DNA of 37,942 nt from contig CAVRJJ010000005.1 of assembly GCA_963721685.1 (NCBI GenBank), positions 1 through 37,942 of the forward strand, given 5' to 3'. Of this stretch, positions 16,044 to 23,301 are shown in pieces (the stretch's first letter is position 1; every line of letters starts with the position of its first letter). The DNA is from an uncultured bacterium. GTDB lineage: Bacteria; Patescibacteriota; Saccharimonadia; UBA4664; SCTI01. The translations under genes were made by a program, and so were the position numbers. The notes under the pieces were generated by a model, which ran no database searches, was not told where the DNA came from, and worked only from the letters and a program-made list of their open reading frames with translations.

Positions 16044-16262
16044 TTAATAAACAAAAAACACGCATAGACTTATGCGCGTTTGGACCCATTAATGCGGGCG
16101 GTTCCACCAAACTTCCTCCTGAGAACAAGAGGCTCTTGTGTGCCAATATAACGCCATTGGCGACGGGGCTACAGGGTCGTTACCTCCTGATGACTGCCCT
16201 ATTGAACTTTCAATGGCTTAATATTACCAGATTGACTGGATTTCCTCCACATCCAACGGTAC
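16044..16262 (-). promoter_or_regulatory. T-box riboswitch leader of thrS (antiterminator/terminator type)
   Basis: The minus strand reads AAGTTTGGTGGAACCGCCCG (16096..16114), the T-box sequence. The antiterminator is GTTTGG / 7-nt bulge TGGAACC / GCCC-loop-GGGT / CCAAAC. The overlapping terminator is ACGCGCATA-AGTC-TATGCGTGT plus TTTTTT (16053..16079). Stem III is ACAAG-AGCCT-CTTGT, and a basal stem pairs CCGTTGG with CCAATGG. Confidence 0.8.
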
Positions 16263-16293
16263 ACTTACGGTAATATTATTTTCGCGGAGTATC

Positions 16294-16977
16294 ATGGACT
16301 TCTTTAACGTTAATACTATCTTCTTTACAGTCCTTGGTTACGAGATGAGCTACCTTGAGTTCTTTGGTACTGTTTTTAATCTTGCCGCCATTATTTTTGC
16401 CGTTCGCAGCAATATCCTCACTTGGGCTTCTACGCTGGTGGCCGTGACCTTGTTTGCCTTTTTGTTTTACCAATTCGAGCTTTATTCAGACATGGTATTG
16501 CAAGCCTTTTACTTTGGAAGCGGCATTGCCGGTCTTTATATATGGTCTAAGCGCAGGAAAAGCGCGGTGATTACCGCCAAGCCAATAACCCGCAATACTG
16601 CCCTGCAGAATGTGAAGGTAGTTATTACGATTCTGCTTGGTACGGCAGCGCTTGGCAGCTTTATGTCCAATATTCATACCCTGCTTCCTGATTTATTCCC
16701 CAAGCCAGCCGCGTATCCCTATATTGACGCCTCCATCGCGGTCATGGCGGTGGTAGCCCAGCTGCAGCTGCTATTTCGTAAGTTTGAGAACTGGATGCTT
16801 TGGATATTTATGGACGCTATCGCGATTGGCGTGTACTACTCCAGAGGCATAAAATTAGTGGCACTCCTTTATGTCCTGTACTTTGTGATATCTATCCTCG
16901 GCCTTATCCAGTGGCGCAAGGAACTTCGCGGCCATAAGCAGCAAGTGTCCGCGTCCGCTAAGCCGATATCTTTATAG
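16294..16977 (+). CDS. pnuC: nicotinamide riboside transporter PnuC family
   Basis: 227 aa with 7-8 TM segments. The N-terminus YEMSYLEFFGTVFNLAAIIFAVRSNILTW and the central QFELYSDMVLQAFYF follow the PnuC pattern. Confidence 0.8.
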   Translation: MDFFNVNTIFFTVLGYEMSYLEFFGTVFNLAAIIFAVRSNILTWASTLVAVTLFAFLFYQFELYSDMVLQAFYFGSGIAGLYIWSKRRKSAVITAKPITRNTALQNVKVVITILLGTAALGSFMSNIHTLLPDLFPKPAAYPYIDASIAVMAVVAQLQLLFRKFENWMLWIFMDAIAIGVYYSRGIKLVALLYVLYFVISILGLIQWRKELRGHKQQVSASAKPISL

Positions 16978-16979
16978 GA

Positions 16980-17912
16980 TTACTTAACTATCCCCAATGC
17001 TTCCGCGGTTTTTAACACCGCTTCCACTTGGTCTTCGCCCTTATCAACCAGAAAATCGCTGACTACCGCCAATGTGAACGCGATGGCGTCTATCCGCTTA
17101 GTAGCGCGAAGGCGGATATAGGCAGGGTCAGGACCCACGTCATCGCGGTGCCTATCTAGCAAGTCTCCGTCGCGGGCAATGCGGCCTTCAATGGCTACGT
17201 CGGAGGGCTCATCCTCGCGGGAATGCCCCCTCATTAAGGACTGGGCTAGGGTCCGCGATGCCTCCTGCAAGACAGAAAAAACTTTTGGATCGTTCAACGA
17301 CTCCGCGGCTCGTTCGCCATGCTCAATATCTTCCGACTCATCATCTTCCCGTGCCCAGTCATGTCCAATGGCAAAAGCCGCCAATGCCTCATGGTCAATG
17401 CTTTCTACAGTGTAATCTAAATCAGCAGGAATTTCTTTGATAGATAATTCCGATAGCCGAGAGGGCAACTGCGTTTCTATAAGGCGGGAGAGCAATTTGA
17501 TATCAATCAGCACGCGGGTGAAATGGGCTGGACCATGGATCTTTGATTCGCGGTTCAATCGCTCCGGATCATGTAGCCAGGCAGAAATTTCTGGCTGATA
17601 CTTTGTTAAATCGGCTCGGCTGGGAATGCTTCTACCTAAATGTTCTGATAAATACTGTTGTTCAGCGTATAAATCTACCAGCAGCCCTTCGCGCATAGCT
17701 AACTGGCCTTCCAGGGCATCGATTTCCTCAGGCTGCAAATTTAGCCTGCCGCCAATGGCTCGAAAAAACTCAGTATTAACTGGCTGGACAGGTTCCGAAA
17801 GCGCCTCAATAACGTCCGCTTCCGTTTGCTCAGCACCAGCCTCAACATTCTCATGCGGCTGTTCTTCTTCATGACCGGGGCTACCAGGAGTTCCTTCAAC
17901 CATAATCAACAA
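16980..17912 (-). CDS. hypothetical acidic protein, possible HD-type phosphohydrolase fold
   Basis: 310 aa. The N-terminal ~45 aa are very acidic. The spaced residues IHGPAHFTRV ... AIGHDWARED ... ARDGD are compatible with an H..HD..D motif. The assignment is weak. Confidence 0.45.
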   Translation of the reverse strand: MLIMVEGTPGSPGHEEEQPHENVEAGAEQTEADVIEALSEPVQPVNTEFFRAIGGRLNLQPEEIDALEGQLAMREGLLVDLYAEQQYLSEHLGRSIPSRADLTKYQPEISAWLHDPERLNRESKIHGPAHFTRVLIDIKLLSRLIETQLPSRLSELSIKEIPADLDYTVESIDHEALAAFAIGHDWAREDDESEDIEHGERAAESLNDPKVFSVLQEASRTLAQSLMRGHSREDEPSDVAIEGRIARDGDLLDRHRDDVGPDPAYIRLRATKRIDAIAFTLAVVSDFLVDKGEDQVEAVLKTAEALGIVK

Positions 17913-17938
17913 GTACCTTTATTAGTTTTACGTTTTCC

Positions 17939-18015
17939 TGGTGGATCTGACAGGACTCGAACCTGTGACCTCTTGAATGTGAATCAAGCGCTCTAACCAG
18001 CTGAGCTACAGATCC
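17939..18015 (-). tRNA. tRNA-Val (anticodon CAC), CCA encoded
   Basis: GGATCTG TA GCTC AGCTGGTTA GAGC G CTTGA TTCACAT TCAAG AGGTC ACAGG TTCGAGT CCTGT CAGATCC A CCA. Confidence 0.92.
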
Positions 18016-18077
18016 TTACACAAATGACACGAAAGTATTGTACTATACTTGGTATATTCTTAAGCGCGAGAGGTATT

Positions 18078-18866
18078 ATGCTCATCTATGGAAAACCAGT
18101 TGTTGAAAGCCTGCGCGAAGAACAATCCCGGCGGATTAACGCGGCCGGTATTACCCCCAAGTTAGTAATCGTACAATCAGGAAATAACTTAGCCAGCAGC
18201 ACCTACATCCGGATGAAAAAAGCATACGGAGAATCTATTGGCGCCGAAGTTGAACATATACAAACCGGTAGTACTACTGATGAACTACTTCCTTTAATCG
18301 AAAAGCTCAATAATGATCCCAGCGTAAACGGTATTATTGTACAACTGCCGCTGCCCGACATCACCATTACCGATGAAGTGGTGGGCAGTATCGCCCTTGA
18401 AAAAGATGTGGACGGCCTTACCGGCAATAGCCCGTTTTATTCGGCTACCGCCATGGCTGTCATTAACCTGCTCGACTTTTACGGTATTGAGATCAATGGC
18501 ACAAAGATAGCTATGGTTGGTTACGGCCGTTTAGTTGGTAAGCCGTTAACCGCCTTGCTTAAGGAGCGCAACGCCGATGTTACCGTCTGCGATGTGAAAA
18601 CCCCCGATACCGGTGCGGTTACGCGAGCCGCTAAGGTAATTGTAAGTGCTACCGGCCGGGCCGGGCTGATTAAGCCAGATATGGTAACCGACGGCACCTT
18701 CATTGTTGATGTTGGGACGGCCGAGGATAAAGGCTCGATTGTCGGCGACGTTGACCCGAAACTGCTTGATAACGACACGCTAAAGATCACACCCGCCCGC
18801 GGCGGTATTGGCCCGATTACCGTAGCAATGCTTTTTGAGCAGCTGCTAAAGGCCGTTAAGATCTAG
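18078..18866 (+). CDS. folD: bifunctional methylenetetrahydrofolate dehydrogenase/cyclohydrolase
   Basis: From the ATG at 18078 (GAGAGG RBS upstream): MLIYGKPVVESLREE... with YIRMKKKAYGE-like, GIIVQLPLP, VGYGRLVGKPL and GGIGPITVAML motifs. The track start at 18024 abuts the tRNA and is less likely. Confidence 0.9.
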   Translation: MLIYGKPVVESLREEQSRRINAAGITPKLVIVQSGNNLASSTYIRMKKAYGESIGAEVEHIQTGSTTDELLPLIEKLNNDPSVNGIIVQLPLPDITITDEVVGSIALEKDVDGLTGNSPFYSATAMAVINLLDFYGIEINGTKIAMVGYGRLVGKPLTALLKERNADVTVCDVKTPDTGAVTRAAKVIVSATGRAGLIKPDMVTDGTFIVDVGTAEDKGSIVGDVDPKLLDNDTLKITPARGGIGPITVAMLFEQLLKAVKI

Positions 18867-19418
18867 TTTTTTAAGGTCGGTTTTAAGCTGGGCATGGTTT
18901 GTGTATAGAAGGCTGGTAATACCAAGGGCTTCCGCGCCTTCGACGTTTTCTTGGCGGTCATCAATAAAAACCGCTTCCCCCGCCTCCACTTTGAGCCGCT
19001 CTAGGACGAGTTCAAAAATACGCGGGTCGGGCTTTAGCACGCCAGCATCCTCCGAAGTCATTACTACATCAAAATAATTGCCCAAATTCTGATATTTAAG
19101 AAAAGACTGTAAGAAATTATTGTTAATATTTGAGAGCATACCCAGTTTATAGTGAGGCTTTAAAGCTTGAACCAATCCGAGAAGCGTATAGTTTAAGCCT
19201 GAGAGATCCTGCATACGGGCGGAAACCGTAGCCACGTCGTCATGAATTAAGTCCGCTAAACTCTGAAACTTCCGGTTTTGGTCGACCCGCCCAAGATCAA
19301 AATCGATTGTCAGCTGATCGTGCTCCGGTGTGGTATGCGTTTGGCGCGCTTGAAGAATATCCAGTTCCGGATCTTTATACAACACCCCAAAACAATCAAA
19401 AATAATAGCTTTAATCAT
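18846..19418 (-). CDS. HAD-superfamily hydrolase
   Basis: 190 aa. It carries motif I IIFDCFGVL, motif II MLSN and motif IV VFIDDRQENVEGA. Confidence 0.8.
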   Translation of the reverse strand: MIKAIIFDCFGVLYKDPELDILQARQTHTTPEHDQLTIDFDLGRVDQNRKFQSLADLIHDDVATVSARMQDLSGLNYTLLGLVQALKPHYKLGMLSNINNNFLQSFLKYQNLGNYFDVVMTSEDAGVLKPDPRIFELVLERLKVEAGEAVFIDDRQENVEGAEALGITSLLYTNHAQLKTDLKKLDLNGL

Positions 19419-19436
19419 AATTCAATAGTAGCAGAT

Positions 19437-19513
19437 TGGTGGGCTCTACAGGACTCGAACCTGTGACCTCTTCCACGTCAAGGAAGCGCTCTAGCCAGCT
19501 GAGCTAAGAGCCC
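19437..19513 (-). tRNA. tRNA-Val (anticodon GAC), CCA encoded
   Basis: GGGCTCT TA GCTC AGCTGGCTA GAGC G CTTCC TTGACGT GGAAG AGGTC ACAGG TTCGAGT CCTGT AGAGCCC A CCA. Confidence 0.92.
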
Positions 19514-19691
19514 GTACCTAAGTGAATATAGCGAACCAGGGTGAGAAAAGCAATCAACCCATAAGTGCCAATATTCTTATGTTATGCAATTATCCAAATT
19601 TTAATTTGGTTACGCTTGCTGGACGTCCGACTATCAGAGTAAGCTTATAGGACAAGATTACAAAAGGTGGAGTGCTTGCAAGCAGAATGGT

Positions 19692-20813
19692 ATGTTGACC
19701 CAACAAATCGCGGAAGCAATTCATGCCAAAGTCGGGACGCTGGTCAACCAGTCATTATCACTGGTTGATGGCGATGGCCAGATTCTGGTAAGCAACGACC
19801 CCCAGGCCGGGAGCAGCTTAATTGTTGAGGACTACCCTAACGCGATTAGCATATCCCACAATGGCCGCGTAACCGGTTATGTGGTGTTAGCCCGGGAAGT
19901 TCCCAATTATGATGAGATATCACCCCTTATCCGCTCTATCGCCGAACTGATGATGCACCAAGCACTTCTTATTGAGCAACTTCCCCACCACGAGGAGCAG
20001 CTTGATAAATTTGTGTATGACCTTCTCACGAGCAGCAACCTGGACCAGCCAACACTACTGGCCGAAGCGCGGCTGCATAACCTGGATTTAACCCAGCCTC
20101 GCATTTGCATCGTAATTTACGTTGACGACCCGGTGCTTACCGGCGAAACCCCCGATGACAGCAACCGTGAAATGCTCATTACCCGTTATAAGTTTGGCAT
20201 TAACCGCGGTCTTGAATCATATTACACCTCTAGCCGGAACAACATTATCGCTTATCTTGGCCATAACAGCTTTTGCATCTTAAAAGACTTAAGCGGCCCC
20301 CAAGATGAGATGCCGCTGGAGGACGCCTTGGACCGGTTTAAAAAATCCATTAATACCATTTACACGATTTTTCGCTCGGAGCTGAAGCAACCCACCACCG
20401 TGGGTATCGGCAACTACCATCCGGGAATTGAAGGCCTGCGCAAGAGTTACCAGGAAGCGGTGAGCGCCATTGAGCTCGGCTCCCAGAACTGGTACAAAAA
20501 CCGCGTTTACCATATTGATGACTTCGGGGTGGTTGCCCCCCTGCTTTCCGGGATTGATGAAAGCAACATCTACTTTAGCCGGGAGCTGCTGGACCGTCTG
20601 GGGCAAAGTGAAGGGATTATTCAAACCCTGGAAAGTTTTTTCACCCACAATATGGGATTAACTCAAACCGCCAATGAGCTTGGCATCCACCGCAACACAC
20701 TGGTATACCGGCTCGACCGCATAGCTGAAACCCTCCAGCTCGACCCCCGTAATTTTGATGATGCCGTGCAAATTAAACTAGCGATTCTTTTTAATCGCTT
20801 TGTGGAACATTAA
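19692..20813 (+). CDS. CdaR/PucR-family transcriptional regulator (paralog 1)
   Basis: 373 aa. The C-terminal HTH LTQTANELGIHRNTLVYRLDRIAETLQLDPRNFDDAVQIKLAILF is the PucR-type HTH. The N-terminus resembles the sugar-diacid-recognition domain. Confidence 0.75.
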   Translation: MLTQQIAEAIHAKVGTLVNQSLSLVDGDGQILVSNDPQAGSSLIVEDYPNAISISHNGRVTGYVVLAREVPNYDEISPLIRSIAELMMHQALLIEQLPHHEEQLDKFVYDLLTSSNLDQPTLLAEARLHNLDLTQPRICIVIYVDDPVLTGETPDDSNREMLITRYKFGINRGLESYYTSSRNNIIAYLGHNSFCILKDLSGPQDEMPLEDALDRFKKSINTIYTIFRSELKQPTTVGIGNYHPGIEGLRKSYQEAVSAIELGSQNWYKNRVYHIDDFGVVAPLLSGIDESNIYFSRELLDRLGQSEGIIQTLESFFTHNMGLTQTANELGIHRNTLVYRLDRIAETLQLDPRNFDDAVQIKLAILFNRFVEH

Positions 20814-21980
20814 ATGCGTCTTACCCCCGGTGTGGCAGCAGAAATTGTAAGCCGGGCACGATTAGTGCTTAAACGAGAGGTTATTGTTACCGATTCCCGG
20901 GGCGCGGTCCTTAAAGACGGGGGGCACGAGCACAAGACTATGGTTGACGCCTTACGCGCCTGCCAGGAAGGCCGGGTCATCCGCGCCGAACTTGATGATG
21001 AGCTGGTTGCCTGGTGCCCGTTTGTCTACGAGAACCAAACGGTAGGATCCTTTGGCATTGTTGAAGAAAGTGTGAGGATTACCCCGGAAGCGATTGGCTT
21101 GCTGCAGGGGCTGGCCGAGGTGATCGTCCACCAGCATTTCTTGCTTGATCATATCCAACCTACCGAAAAAATGCGGGCTACCTTTTTGCAGCAAGTGCTC
21201 TCTTCGGGAAAAATTAACAGTACCGAGGCCTACCGCCAAGCCGACATATTACAGATGAACCTGCGGGTGCCGCAAGCAATCATCCTGGTTGAGCTAGAAG
21301 GCATTGAGACCACCGCCACAAAAGGATCCCCATCCGCGGAAGCTGCAACCAGCCAAATAGATAAGGAGACCGGAAAGGTTCGCCAGGTTATCGTTGACGC
21401 GTTTCAAGATAATGGCGTTATATGCAGCTATAACGGCAAAAACCAGTTTGTGGTTTCAAAAAGCATTACCGGCGAAAACCTCACCACCCGCAATACTACC
21501 CGGTTTCTCATGGAAAAGGCCGCCTACTTGTACGATGTCTTACGCAAGGCTTTTCCCGACCGCGTCATAACCCTAGGGGTTGGGCAGTATTATCCTGACC
21601 TTGGCGGCTTACGAAAAAGCTTCCAAGAAGCCAAGCTAGCACTGAGCGTAGGCAGCAAGGTGTGGGAAAGCGGCCGAACCTACCACATAAAACAGGTAGG
21701 CATGTACGTCACCCTCGCCAATGTGGCACAGGAGCACAAGGCCGAACTGGCCCATCAAATCCTTCATCCCTTGCTGCAGGATGACCAGCTCTATAAGACC
21801 GTGCAAACCTTCTTAACTGCCGGCTTAAACTTAACTGAAGCGGCCGAACAGCTCCACGTTCACCGCAATACCTTGATTTACCGGCTCGATAAGACCAAAA
21901 AGATTATCGGTTTGGATCCGCGGGTGTTTGATGACGCCCTGCAGATTAAACTAGGCCTGATGTTTTACCAGGAAGCCTAG
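20814..21980 (+). CDS. CdaR/PucR-family transcriptional regulator (paralog 2)
   Basis: 388 aa. It has the same architecture, with LTEAAEQLHVHRNTLIYRLDKTKKIIGLDPRVFDDALQIKLGLMF. Its start codon directly follows the stop of paralog 1. Confidence 0.75.
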   Translation: MRLTPGVAAEIVSRARLVLKREVIVTDSRGAVLKDGGHEHKTMVDALRACQEGRVIRAELDDELVAWCPFVYENQTVGSFGIVEESVRITPEAIGLLQGLAEVIVHQHFLLDHIQPTEKMRATFLQQVLSSGKINSTEAYRQADILQMNLRVPQAIILVELEGIETTATKGSPSAEAATSQIDKETGKVRQVIVDAFQDNGVICSYNGKNQFVVSKSITGENLTTRNTTRFLMEKAAYLYDVLRKAFPDRVITLGVGQYYPDLGGLRKSFQEAKLALSVGSKVWESGRTYHIKQVGMYVTLANVAQEHKAELAHQILHPLLQDDQLYKTVQTFLTAGLNLTEAAEQLHVHRNTLIYRLDKTKKIIGLDPRVFDDALQIKLGLMFYQEA

Positions 21981-23267
21981 TTCCCGCCACTTGTTTAACC
22001 TTAATCTTTACCAGCTCCCGAACTTTAGCGACATCAGCCTCAAGTTTTTTGGGATCCTTGTTGCTCAGGATACCGTCAACTATTAACCGACCCCCATTAC
22101 CGGCGAAAAGGGTTACATCCCCGGTTTTGGCATGGGCTTCAAGAAAGACCACGCTTGATACCTTGCGGGCTTCTTCAATCCCCTCAATCGATTGTATGTG
22201 CCCTTCTTGATCGGGATATATGTTAATGCCGGCCGCGTGACCAATCGGCTTGGATCCGATGCTGGGCTCGAGTCCAATCTTTACCGCTAAGTCGTTGTAG
22301 TAGTGGTCTACACCATAAGATTCCCTATAAAGCGCCTCACGGTAGCCTCCTATACGCGGACCTACTTCAATAATTTTCCAGCCTTCGGGACTCTGAAAAA
22401 GCTCGATATGGGCGGTCGACGAGTTGAGGTTAAGCGCTCGGATAGCCGCGATAGAGGCGGTGTTCGCGGCCTCAATCTCCTCCATGGAAAGGCCGGTAGG
22501 GATAATGTGGCGATAGCTATAAAAACCGGGAAGCCCGAGCGACTCCGCGGTAATCACCTTAACTAAGGGCAAGCAGTGAACTTTCCCCGCGGCGCTAACA
22601 TACGCATCAGTCGAATACATATCTCCCTGGATCATCTCTTCTACCAATACACTGGGGGTACCGCGCCCGAGATCACGCGAATAAATAACGGTTATAACCT
22701 GAAAGACTTGCTTTAGGCACTGTGAGAGTTCAGTCTCATTATTGCAGCGCGTCACCAAGATCGAAGCAGCCAAGCCGTTCGGCTTAACAATTACCGGGAA
22801 TCTCAGTTCTGTGACAATAGTCGCCATAGTCTGCCGGGTGTACTCGGTTACATAGCTGTACCGGGGCACGAGGCGGGCATCATAGTTGCGGAGCCTATCG
22901 CGCATTAAGTGCTTTTGGGTGGACCAGCGTAAGGAGGATTCGGAAGGAGTCGATACATAAGGCAAAAATGGCACGACCTTACGCAATGCTCGAACCGAGC
23001 TTTCATTACGAATGGTAACGGCTAAAATGGATTCGATATGGGGCTTCAAAGCTTTTTGCAAGCTATCGGGGTCATCAAAGTCACAGAATATCTCCTCGAA
23101 GAGTCCTGAGGTATCCTTAGCGCGCTCATGGACTGCCCGGATAATTTAGGTCGACCAAGAACTAACCCTTGAAGTTTCTTGCCTAACTTTTTGCTCAGCT
23201 TTTTGGTAGCCTCCACCAAGCCCGGCTCTACATCATCAATTGCTAGAATAAGATTTTTTTCTTGCAT
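21946..23267 (-). pseudogene. ATP-grasp domain protein, frame broken once near 23140..23160
   Basis: The C-terminal 371 aa (21946..23061) carry ATP-grasp motifs (FPVIVKPNGLAASILV, VLVEEMIQGDMYS, AHIELFQSPEGWKIIEVGPRIGG). The frame stays open upstream to a stop at 23146..23148 (IIRAVHERAKDTSGLFEEIFCDFDDPDS). The N-terminus MQEKNLILAIDDVEPG.. (ATG 23267) is in another frame. Confidence 0.7.
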
Positions 23268-23301
23268 CCAGATGAGATTAGCATAGTTTAGGGGGTCTGC
23301 G

